Origin: Lingula anatina
Lineage: Eukaryota > Animalia > Brachiopoda
NCBI GenBank assembly: GCA_051362555.1
Contig: CM120643.1
Coordinates: forward strand, 1,736,001 to 1,800,000
DNA length: 64,000 bases
Reading direction: 5' to 3'
A program made the translations under genes and the position numbers. The notes under the pieces were generated by a model. That model made no database searches and was not told where the DNA came from. It saw only the letters and a program-made list of their open reading frames with translations. Positions 40,894 through 52,849 of this stretch are shown piece by piece (position 1 is the first letter of the stretch; every line of letters begins with the position of its first letter).

Positions 40894-43800
40894 ATGGCTC
40901 TGCAAACATTGGACCTGTGTAGGAAAGAGTCCGGGAAGATATGGCAGAGAAAGCCTGTTCCTTCCACTGATGATGGGTGAGAGGAAAGATACATAGATCA
41001 GTAATTAGATACATGGATAAATTTAAAAAAAATGTCTTACTTTGGATCCTAATATATGTATCTAAATAAATGAATGAATAAATCATAAGATTTATATAAA
41101 CTTGAAAGATAACATTATGCATGAAAAAAGTTGGTTCAAAATGCTGAATTCTGTTATAATATGCCTTTTTCTGAAGACCTAGAAAAATACAATATATATG
41201 ATTTGTATGGGCAGGGTTTGGGGCTACGATATGCCATTGTGTTTGATATAAATTTTCAAGGATCAGAAGCTTCAAAAACTTATTTCCCCTCTCTCTTTCC
41301 TGTTTCTCCACCAGTGTCATGGTACACATCACTCACAGCGTGTCCAGTCCGCTAGCTCTTCAGTCCAGGAACATACGCTTCCTACACGTGGCCTTTGACA
41401 CAACAGGAGATCGCTTCGTGGCAGGAGATTACCAGGGAAACATGTTTGTCTTTGATCTCAGCAGAAACAGGTATGTTAGGCAAGTCCCTGTAACTTTCCC
41501 CAGTGCTTTTAAGACTTAAAATTTTAATATTTAAAAATTACGATGATCCTAAAAGCAATCAAAACCTGGTATCAGTGTAAGATTATTTTATATTGTAACA
41601 GTTAGTAGTAGAATGTTTTCAGAGTATTAAAATAAAAATATGTTACTCCTCCAGGTATTCTCTGGTCCAGCGTACAGGGACTCCATGTTCCTCGTTGGCT
41701 TTCACCTTAAAAAGAAGAACAGAGTTCCTAGTGGGGATGTCCGACTATTCCCTGAAGTGTTATGATATAGGTATAAGCATTTTCTTTACATTCTTAGCAA
41801 CAAATTAATCTTATTTGGACAGTTTGATAATTGTTACCTGTGAAAATACACTCAAAGTCTTAAGTTTCTATTGATTGAAGTTTATTCACTGTATGGCAGG
41901 GTTAATGCTTAGTGTGAAAATTTTATTTTTTTAATGAAAATGTTTTTCTTGTGGTATTAAAATGATATATCATTATGTTGTGTCACTGTCACATATATTA
42001 ACATTACCTATTGATAAACTGTGCCTAAAGTTGTTTAAGATCTGTCTTCACCGTGATTGGTGGGCCTCAGAAAACTACTGGTGTGAATCAAAGTTTACCA
42101 GTCCCAGGATAAAATCTTAAAACTAATGGAAAATGCTTTAAAACAAGCACCAAATTTTTCACAAATCTGTTCAGGTTTATTTTAGTGCTTCAGAAAACAT
42201 GACATTGTGTCTTTTTCACAGTTTGTGACTCTGATGCTCTATTTACTGGTCAGTAAGTGTAGACCATTGGCAATTGTTGCAAATTTATACATTTTCTTCC
42301 CTCTTGTTGTAATCAGATAGCAAAGAGCTTGTTCCCTGCATGAGTCTCCTACTACACACCAGATTTATTTGGCTGCTACCAGTGGCAAATGTTGCTGACT
42401 ATGATATTGTTCTCCTTTGTTGTAATCAGATACCAAAGAGCTTGTAGCCTGGATGAAGGGTCATGAGTCTCCCATACACACTATATCTATCCACGCCTCT
42501 GGACGCTACGCGCTGACTTCCTCCAACGACACCGCGCAGCTCTGGGATCTGGACACTTTCCAGAGGAAGAGGAAGTTGAACATCAAGGAGAATGTTGGGA
42601 TTGTTAAGGTGTGTGTTGTCGTGATCAAACAGATACTAGTTCATAAATGAAAATTATCACACACTATCTTGTCAGATAGATCGCCCCCCCCCCCTCCCCC
42701 AACCCCATCTCTATTCATGGGTGTCTGGTGCTGGCTGAAGTTGTGACATTTATAAGAGGGTCCTGGCCGCTATACCACCTAGCAGCCAGTGAGAAACAAC
42801 ATCTACTCACATCAGTCTGATGAAGGCCTATGTCCAGGTTGGTCATAAGCTAATGATATGAAAGATTTTCGGCTTGTGTTTGATAATTTTCATTTATGAT
42901 CCAACTACCAAGCTAATGAACATTATTGCTCAGATACTAGTTGTTAATTATAACCATGGCATTGAACACGACATCTCTCTTCTCTATGACTGCATTCCCA
43001 GAGATTTAGACTGATCCATCTGGAACGACCTAACTCCCTGGGGGTTCCCGCTAAATTGCAGTCAGCCGAGCGCACAACAGTTAATTATCCCCTAACAGCT
43101 TTTAGTAGGCGGTACAGACATTAAAGCTGGTTATGCTGACACCAATCTAGTGAGACTCCCCAGGCAGATAGATCAATCTAAATGTCTATGGGAATGGGGT
43201 CTATGATGAAATAGTGGAGATATGATAACATATAGATTACCTACTTCTTGGCTTTGCCAGCATGGTTATCCATATTTATTACAAGACACTATGCCCACAA
43301 ATGATTGGTAATAGAGAGAGTTAGGTCAATTGATACAGAAATCAGTGTCAAAACTTATGTTATTTTGTTATCAAAGACTGGAAGATATGCATGCAGTATT
43401 TCTTTGAGAAATTTTCCCCTTTATTTAATTCTTATATTTGTTTGCAGGTGTTTTTCCTTCCACTGAGTAACACCATCATGACATGCTTCAAGGATGACTC
43501 CATCTTTGCCTGGGAGGCCGACACCCTGAACTGCAAGTACCAGTTGCCTATTCCCCCTGGGAATACACCACACTATAAGGCCTTTGCTGCCACTAAGTAA
43601 GTACCAGCAGTTATTCATAAATAAAACACTTTCCTTTTGGCAATGTTTTATTTTTTCAATATTTGCTTTTAAATTCTTAGTGGCATAAGAAAGTCACTTA
43701 AGTACTCCTAGGTTCGCTCCTTAAACCATCCAACTGTCTTTGAAAATACAGGCCATTTTTTGAGGCCATTGGCTATCCAAATCATGACTAGATGGCTCTC

Positions 43801-46800
43801 AGGGGAAAGCCTTTGTTACATAGTAAACCACACATTTGTTATGTATAAATTGCCTTACTAATCTCCCAGGAACGGCAGACTACTGGGGGTTATGGGGGGG
43901 GGGGGGTGTCTTTATTACACAGTAAACCACAGAGTTGTATATAAATAGTCTCCTCATCCTCCAGGGATGGCAGACTGCTGGTGGCGGGAGGAAAGTCCAG
44001 GTTTCTCCATGTGTGGACACTGGACACCAGGCGTCTACTGAGGATAATACAGCTTCCAGCCAAGGTCACCTCAGTGAAGGAGATGGAGTTCTTGCCTGAT
44101 AAGTTTGATGCTGGTTCCAGTCAGGTATGCTTGGTTTATTTTATATTATTTACTATGAAAGAGCTATGAAGAAGTTTGAAAGAATTGCACTCAATTTTGC
44201 TCGGAGAATTATTATATGGTGTTTTTCCAAAATTTTTCTAATTTCAGAATGAAACCATTTAAATTATTCAGGCAATTCAAAAGTAATACAATTTATCATA
44301 TTCACAATTCAAATATGAAACCATTTTAAATTTATCATTCTTACAATTCAAATATAGGACCATTTTCATTATTTTCACATTTATTCTGAAACAATTATTT
44401 TGAAATGCATCATTTTCTCCCTACCCCACATTAATTTTTTCTCTCTCCTCTCCCCTAGGTCCTGGGTGTCCTCAGTCAAGACGGCATTATGAGGTTTATC
44501 CACATCCACACGTGTAAACTGCTGTTTGACCTGGGCAGTGTAGGGGACAGAATCAACACCATGGCTATGTCTCCTACTGGGCACCACGTGGTGGGAGTGA
44601 TGGAGGACGGGAATCTTAATATATACAGTGTACAGGCACTGACTGCAGAGTTAAATAAGGCAAGTGATATGATAATATATACAGTGTACAGGCACTGACT
44701 GCAGAGTTAAATAAGGCAAGTGATATGATAATATATACAGTGTACAGGCACTGACTGCAGAGTTAAATAAGGCAAGTGATATGATAATATATACAGTGTA
44801 CAGGCACTGACTGCAGAGTTAAATAAGGCAAGTGATATGATAATATATACAGTGTACAGGCACTGACTGCAGAGTTAAATAAGGCAAGTGATATGATAAT
44901 ATATACAGTGTACAGGCTCTGACTGCAGAGTTAAATAAGGCAAGTGATATGATAATATATACAGTGTACAGGCTCTGACTGCAGAGTTAAATAAGGCAAG
45001 TGATATGATAATATATACAGTGTACAGGCACTGACTGCAGAGTTAAATAAGGTAAGTGATATGATAATATATACAGTGTACAGGCACTGACTGCAGAGTT
45101 AAATAAGGCAAGTGATACAGGGGAGGATTGAGACGTCTTCTGGGTCTTCTGGAAGACTGTCAGTTTTTCAAGGTTATACCGTCGGGTATCTAATTTTCTC
45201 TGTTGGAAGACAGTCAGAAATTGAGGATGGATCAACAAGATAATTTGGAAGACTGTCAGAAAATATATCTGGATCAGCCCCTGTGATATGGATGCTCTTT
45301 GTCTTATGAAGTTTAAGGATGCTTTTTATCTAAAGACGTCCTTGTTTATCTGTATACGTTGACACTATGTTCATCCACAAGACTTTCCAAATATCCTGCT
45401 GAATGTTTCATTTTTTCACTCAATGGTAAATCCAAATAATTTTTGGAATGAGTTTATAACTGACTTTGATACAGCTGCAACACATACAAGAAAGTATCTT
45501 GTGAAAAAACAAAGACAGGACAGTGCTGAATAGTCTTGATGTGTGAGATTATTTTTGTAACACTGTTAATTGACTTATTTCCAGCCTCCTCCCCCGTTGG
45601 TGTCAGTGGTATCATCTCAGAGGAAGCAGGAGACTGGAGACGTCACGTCATCGTCGCAGGCAGACGTTACCCAGGGGAAACGAGCTTCCAGGTTAAAACG
45701 TAAAGCACGTTTGGCTCAGGGCAGTGAGGTGTCGGCTGTGGATGTGAAACCAAAGAAAACTAGTCATGAACAGGTAGGTAGGGTGGGGTGAGGTGAGGTG
45801 AGGTGAGGTGAGGTGAGGTGGGATGGCTGGGGTAGGGTAGGGTAGGGTAGGGTGGGGTGTTGTGTGGCAGTCTTTGTGTGCTTGAGTTTTAACCTTGGGG
45901 TTAAGATGTGGATGAGAATTCCTTTACCTTTGGAAAATTTGCTTCTCCTTTTTCTGCATGCAGAATAAAATGTGAAACCTAATTGGAATTTGTATTACTT
46001 ATTCATAAATGTGAAATGCAGTGTAAGAATGGGACTTTTTTCATTTTAATTTGTAAACATTTTCTATTTTTTTTTATCCCAGCCCAAACATTTACCTTGT
46101 ATTCATGTAGTATTATGCCTCTGCGATCACTATGTTACTCTGGAAATCCGAGCTCTTATACGTCCACTAATTGTTGTTACATGTAAATGGGTGTATTTTC
46201 TCAATTTGATATCGTAACAGGTTGGACTACCTGAGGGCCTGAACATGGATAAACTGATGGCTATATTGAGGGGCTATGGAGAGTATCCAGCTAAATATAG
46301 GTAAGTAAACTGATGGCTATATTGAGGGGCTATGGAGAGTATCCAGCTAAATATAGGTAACAATATATGGCCATGTGGACATAGAATTTGATGTGTAATA
46401 TTGAAATTATTATGAAATAAAAATGTGGGGCTTGGTTTTGAAAATTTTCTGGACTATTAAAGCTGCCCCAAGTGTCACCTGTTTATGTGTTAATAATCTT
46501 ATGTGTTCATTCCTGCATTTGATATGTTTAGAATTCTCAGTTTTTTTTTTGTGAGATAGACAGTTCTTTAAATTTTAAACAGAAAAAAATGAGTTTCAAA
46601 AGAATAGTTAAGGTACTTTTGGTTTATGTAAAAAGAATTATAAGCTAAATACATACATTATTTTATGTCCAGGATGTTTATCTGGCGTTCCATCTTGCGG
46701 CTACCAGAGAACCACGCGGCGTATGCCTCCCTAGTAGACAAGGGCACGCACCCAGCGTATGAAAACATACATGAGAAGTTTCCTATTAAGAGCAGAAAAC

Positions 46801-49800
46801 TGTTGAGAGTGCTGCAGAGGTCAGATTTTACAAACATTTTGGTTTGGACCGTATATTTTTGCATTGTTTTCATGTAAACAATTATGAAACTAAAAATTAA
46901 ATACTTTCATAATGAAAGATATTGTATTGGAAACAGTTAATAATGGTCATTTTTATCTTCTAAGTCATCTTCAATTTTGTATGTGTTGTGTTAAAGAATT
47001 GCAAAATAATCAGTATTTCTTTCTGTACATGATATTTGAAATGAACATTTAAAAAGCACAGTATCTATTAATTGGAATTCTACAGGTGCATTACCTCATG
47101 TTTCTGACACACTTTCAGAACCCTGTCGGCGCTCTCTCACTGGTCGGCCATCTTTGGTGAGATGGACTACCTGCCTCTCCTGACCTTCCCCTTTGTGAAG
47201 CTGTTCCAGAATAACCAGCTGGTGCTGTTTGAGATCATAGCAACTGTCCTAGGTAAGGCATTATACATACTGTGCTCTCTCATTACAGTCTTAATGTCAA
47301 AAGTTGTTGGTGTTAAGTTATAAGTTGATAAGAGAAATGAATTAAGCATAAAAGGTATAGACATTTTATTGTATTGTAGTCTTTTAATGTCTCATTTTGT
47401 TTTGGTTTTGTTTAAAATCGGATCTTAGAAATGTATTAACCAGGAAGAAGTCGGGATGAAAAGATGGATGATATTAGATACCAACTTTTTTCCTGTGACT
47501 TAATTTAGTAGCAGTGGCAGTTTGATAAGCAGCTGGTAGAAACTGGAGACTTGACTCTTGTTATCCAAGTTTTGTTACATAAATCAGAAAACAAAAGCAT
47601 CACTGGTCTATTTCAGTAAACTGGTGTCAGCACTGGTTTGAGTTCTTCCCCAACCCTCCTATCAATGTTCTGGGGATGGTGGAGAATGTCCTCGCCTTTC
47701 ATGACAAGGAGCTACTCCAGCATTTTGTCAAGTACGGCGTCACCTCACAGGTCAGTGAGCTCATTCCCAAAGAAACTATCGTTTTACGAAGACTGATCCA
47801 ACTCTGTGGATACCTTTGCTGAATTCAATCAGGTGTAAAGATTAACATGCCTCCACTTGTTTCCATTTTACTTGTACAACTACCGGCTTTTCTGTATTCT
47901 TCTTAACGCCAGGAGGAGGCATGTTAATCTCTTAATCAGATTGAATTCATTGCTACTGAGATCAAGCTCTAAAAGAGATGAGTCATTTGGCGGGGTTGCC
48001 CTGACACCTAATAAAACCTTAATTGATCTATATTCATGTGAGTCTTAATTGAAACAAGTTTAGTTTTTGCATTGAAGTAAACATTTTTCTCTTCAATTCA
48101 ATTTTGACTGTTTATCTTGCTGTTATCGTGAAAATGAAAAATTCTTTCTTTATTTCTTGTGCTTCTGTTTACTTTCAAAGTAAGTTTAATATCTATTTTT
48201 CTATCTAGACAGTTTTAAAGGAGATCAAGTCTTTATGTAGTCAGCTTTATCTTCAATTTGAAAAGAGATTATGTGTCTTAATTATCTGAATTGTAATTGG
48301 TATTATCAATCAGTCCCATTATTTTGTCAGATCTATGCGTGGCCCGTGCTGGAGACGCTTTTCTCTGAAGTACTTACCAAGGACGAGTGGTTACGACTGT
48401 TCGACAACGTGCTCAGTAACCACCCCGCATTTCTCCTCATGTGCGTGGTGGCATACTGCACGGCATGCAGAGGACCTTTGTTACAGTGTATAGAGTTTGA
48501 TGATTTTAAGGTATTTTGTGTGACAGTGTATGTGTATGGTAAAATAAATAAATTTTAGTCACTGAATTTAATGTTTTGAATAATTGTCGCATTAATTGTA
48601 GTTAATAAGAGTAATAGTCAGATATAAGAACTTAAAATTCAAAGTATTACTACACCAACCTTTTTATGGTGCAGTTGACCAATGATTGATAAGTGTCATC
48701 CTTTTCACTCTTAATATCTCAATATTTCTATACACTCTGTAATTTTTTTTTTGATAAACAAAATAATGTTAACAAACCACCTTTCCCCCCCTCCTCAGTA
48801 CTTCTTCCACCACCGTAATGCCGTGGACATAGGGGACGTGATTAAAGAAGCGTATAGGATTCAGGAGACCACCCCACCTGACGTCCACCCTGAGAGGATG
48901 CTGGACACGTTCCAGCCACTGACCAGGGGACAGTACCCAGTGTTCAATAAATATCCCAAGTTTATTGTGGACTATCAGGTACATTTGTGTCAAGTGATGT
49001 GATTGGTTCTGTACGTTTGTGCCAGGTGTTGTGATTGGTTCTGCAAAGATGTATCATATTGAGTAAGTCAGGGGGAGATGGGTCTCTCACGTCTCACATT
49101 ATAATGTGACAGCTGCTTACTTTTAGATTGTCGGTGTGAACATGACTGCAAAGTTTGCAGTGCATTCATGAATTTATCCAGAGTGTGCTTATTTTAACTA
49201 TTCTTTTTACAACAAACTACTCTCTATCCTCAGTTTTATTTCTAAGGGTGCCTCGCACTATGTAAAAAATTCACTCTGATAGGTTTCTTTGATGGAGTTC
49301 CTATATTTTACCCACAATAGATGTTGTTTGTTTAATTTTAAGCTTAATTTTATTTTGAATCCCAATCTATTCAGAAAAGATAAATGATTAGCTAAAAATT
49401 ACCTGAGGATAAAGTGCAGCTTTAATTGATATTTTAAACTTTGGTTTTAGATAAATGTTTAAAATCGTGATCTTATGAATAAGAGTTAAATTCAATCTAG
49501 GTTCAAGAAAGAGAAAGAATTCGTGAGGAAGAACTGGAGTACCTGCGACAGCGGCAGGTGTCTCTTGAGCTCCAGAAAGAGACTGAGCGTCGTCAGCAGG
49601 AGGAGGCTGCATGGTACAGACAGCAGGAGCTGCTTCTGGAGGCGGAGGAGAAGAGGAGGAAGATGATCTCAGAGGAGGAGGAGAAGCTTTATGAACAGAG
49701 GTCAAGGTAAGAATTATTATTAGGACAGACAAATGAATGGTGTCTCACTGTAAACAAGATCAGCTTAATCTTAGGGTCATTAGGTAGAAAATATAGGTGG

Positions 49801-51191
49801 TAAAATTTTGATTTTCTCATAATTAGGGTACCTAACAGATGTATAAATTTTTATCTGACCTTACCTTACAAATTAAGTAAGGTAAATATGTAGGTCTAAT
49901 CACCATAACCAAGTAAATGAGAATTCCTACTTGCTATAATACTTTGGGATGGGGAAGAGGGGTAAATTTTTCCATGATGTATAAGTTTGAAGAAGGAGCT
50001 ATTTTTTAGATTTTATATTTCTGTGGAAGTTTGCTGACATAGAAAAGTTAAATTAGACTTCACGTTATAGTAAAAAGCTTTTTCTTACATTGAGAGATAT
50101 GTTTTAACGGTAACTTAAGAATTAGTAGAACTTAAAAAAAAAAACAGCAAACATAATTATGAAAGGCATAGTGCTTTAAGAAAAGTTTTATAATTTATTT
50201 GAAGGCTTCAGGCCATGAATCGTGAAGTAAAGATGAAGGAAATGAAGCTGCTTGATGCCACAAGAAGAAAATACATGAATTATCAGCAGAAACAGAGGAC
50301 ATCAGAAATCAAGAGACTGGATGATGAAATACAGAGAAAGGTATCAGAAAAATTGTGGTTTGGCAAACTGAAGTAGTCTGATGTATTCCGTTTTAGTCAA
50401 AGTATGGAGATGTTTCCTTTTTTCCTTTGACCAAAAGTAAGTGAAAGATATTGTATGATAAGATACATAAAGATGGAAGTAAAGTTAATGAAGTAAAGAA
50501 AGAGGAAGAAATGAAGTGAAGTAAATATCTTTAAAATGTAACATCATCATATTTTAAAAGGATTTTCCATTCAGTTCTTTGACCTTTGTACACAAGTGAA
50601 TATTTTAGTAAATAAGTAAATCCATAATTTCTAATAATAATTATATCCATACAAGTCCACATTGTATTGACTGGTCCCTCACATCTCCTCTATATATGTC
50701 CTTACCCTAGGCTGCTATGAGGGAGATGGAAACTCAGCATGCAGTGCAGGAAGCAGAGATAAAAAATCTGGAGTTACAGCTACAGAAGAAAATGTTTGAA
50801 CAGGTACAACTGTGGCATTGTTGAACACATACAAAAACATGGGAACAGAAAACGGTTTGATAAAAAGAAATGCTAATGATAAGTTGTCACATGTAATTTG
50901 TTATGATACTGAAATGAGCATGCAGTTAAAATTGAAGTTCTCTGTTGTCTGAGATGCTAGTCTTTACTAAGCCAGTTATTTGCCCATAGGATTATGTGTT
51001 CACAGATAAGTATGCAGCAATTTCATATATTATTGTTTTCACCCGTACAGGAATTATACAGAGAGCATGCAGAGACCACCCAGAAACTACGTTCTGAGTA
51101 CGACGCCTTTAGGAAACGCCAGGAAATTGAAGATAGGGGGCAGCACCGTGTTAACCTGGCAGAGCGAGAGAGGGAGCAGGAAATAAGGAGG
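40894..51191 (+). CDS. TBC1D31: TBC1 domain family member 31 (WD40 + TBC + coiled coil); 18 exons, ~888 codons seen, 3' end not found
   Basis: Exons 40894-40976, 41315-41470, 41655-41770, 42430-42608, 43448-43596, 43965-44124, 44459-44659 (GC donor), 45585-45773, 46221-46300, 46673-46819, 47119-47252, 47617-47750, 48331-48510, 48799-48978, 49501-49706, 50205-50340, 50711-50803 and 51051-51191. Motifs include KESGKIWQRKP, DTAQLWDLDTFQRKRKLNI, YGEYPAKYRMFIWRSILRLPEN and YPVFNKYPKFIVDYQ. Confidence 0.95.
42986..43201. mobile_element. MITE-like element with ~35-bp imperfect TIRs
   Basis: GACTGCATTCCCAGAGATTTAGACTGATCCATCTG matches the reverse complement of CAGATAGATCAATCTAAATGTCTATGGGAATGGGGTC. 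Confidence 0.55.
44618..45117 (+). repeat. 56-bp tandem array, 9 copies, of TBC1D31 exon 7 end plus donor
   Basis: Donors at 44660, 44716 ... 45108; all read GCAAGT except copy 8 (45052), which reads GTAAGT. Confidence 0.95.
45118..45283 (+). mobile_element. MITE family A copy
   Basis: CAGGGG...CCCCTG with TSD TGATA. Confidence 0.8.
46250..46360 (+). repeat. 56-bp duplication of TBC1D31 exon 9 end plus donor
   Basis: TAAACTGATGGCTATATTGAGGGGCTATGGAGAGTATCCAGCTAAATATAGGTAA occurs at 46250 and 46306. Confidence 0.95.
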
Positions 51192-52398
51192 GTAAGTTTT
51201 CGTACAGATAAATAGATGTCAGCAGCAGTGTCATGTATGTAGATGTTTAAAGGGTTTGTCCTGGTCATTTCTATCTTTTGTAGCAGTATGTAAATGTGCT
51301 ACAGGTTGAAATATTACACTTATCACATTGACTTTTATTGAGTAACTAGAACATTATGAAAATGTTGTAATTAAAGAATTTAGAACCAGTTGTACAACCA
51401 CTATGTGTCCCTGTGATTGATTTTGGTCATTGATGTTGATTACTGTAACAGTGACATGAATGCTCAGGGTGGCAACTGTTTTTTCAAGTTTTCTGCAGCA
51501 TTGTGCTCAGCAGTGTCATCTCAGTCTCAACTAGTGCAATATGTAGTCACATCTCACTCTGTCACTCTGTCTCACACTGTGTCATGCTATTTCCAATGTA
51601 TCATCAACAGCCTGTGATGTTAACCACTTGCCCCACTGCCAATGCTGGCAGAAATTGGACTCTGGTGGCCTGTAAGTTGAAAAGCATTGGTACAGACTGC
51701 ATCATTGTTTCACGTTTCCCATAGTGCCAGTATATACATGTGACATTAAATATCACATCTGTGATAGCCAAGCAGGTAGCTGGTTTTGTTTTCATAGTTC
51801 ATCGACCGTTTGCATTCATCAGGACAGGCTGATTGAAGAGTATGTGTTATAGAGGATCAGTTTTGGGGGATAAAACTAGTTAGTACCACCAGCCAATGCG
51901 CTGGCAGTTTTCAAGGTTTTAGAGCTGGCCCCTCTTGTACGGTTCCAACAGCTCGGCATTCTGGCGTCGGATGGAAGTCACTGTTACTGCTTCTCCTCCT
52001 TATATATTATATGTACAGACAATAAAAAGGCAAATATATTGAAGACTGTAGGACTGTATGATTTGGTTATTATTCAAAAACGAGTTAACTGTGCTAGGAT
52101 TTTGATGTCTGAACAGAGAGTCAATAAAAAAAAGAGAGGGGGAGAGATCAGGATCTGATACTATGGATGTATAAATGTAAAGCAGAAAATCAATCTTGAA
52201 ACAACAAACTGAAATGCTCTAGGACACGTAGGTTTGTGTTTTGGGGGGATAAAATCAATGCCATCTAAAATAGGAAAACATGCTCTCTAAAAGCTTTTAT
52301 AGAACAATGAGCAGAACTAAAATAGTTGTTTCTGGATATTGATGGACTTGATGTGAAGGTACACATTTGTTAAGTATTTACATGTGTAGTTACTTTTT

Positions 52399-52453
<55 letters not shown>

Positions 52454-52849
52454 AACTGTTCCCAACTTTTGCAAGGTTGCTGTTATTTGATTGCTATCTT
52501 ACTCATTTCATTATTCTTGTTCACTCACAAAAATTAAAAATCTGTTGAGAAACCATCTCAGTTTTATTAAGAAATTTATTACCATTTATTTTCTTTAGAA
52601 ATTTGTTACCATTTATTTCAAACATTACAAAATTAATGGGACATTGTCTTAAGAAATACAATAAGTTTTTGTTCAAATCTGTTAAGTGCATGTTAACAGT
52701 GTGTGTAAAGTAAATACAGATACATGTCAATACTTTGAAACAACAGATGTGTAGGAGAAAAGCAAAGAATACAGGAAATTTGTTTTTACGCCAAATATTA
52801 GCAGTTACTGATTTAGAATCATATTGCATTTACAGCGAGTATTTCAACC

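Noticed and set aside
42810-42850. Hammerhead ribozyme (CTGATGA core)
   Set aside because: No GAAA after a clean stem II; at most a decayed Penelope-like remnant.
47822-47947. Inverted repeat as pre-miRNA
   Set aside because: Short ~16-bp stem with a ~58-nt loop; more consistent with a MITE remnant.
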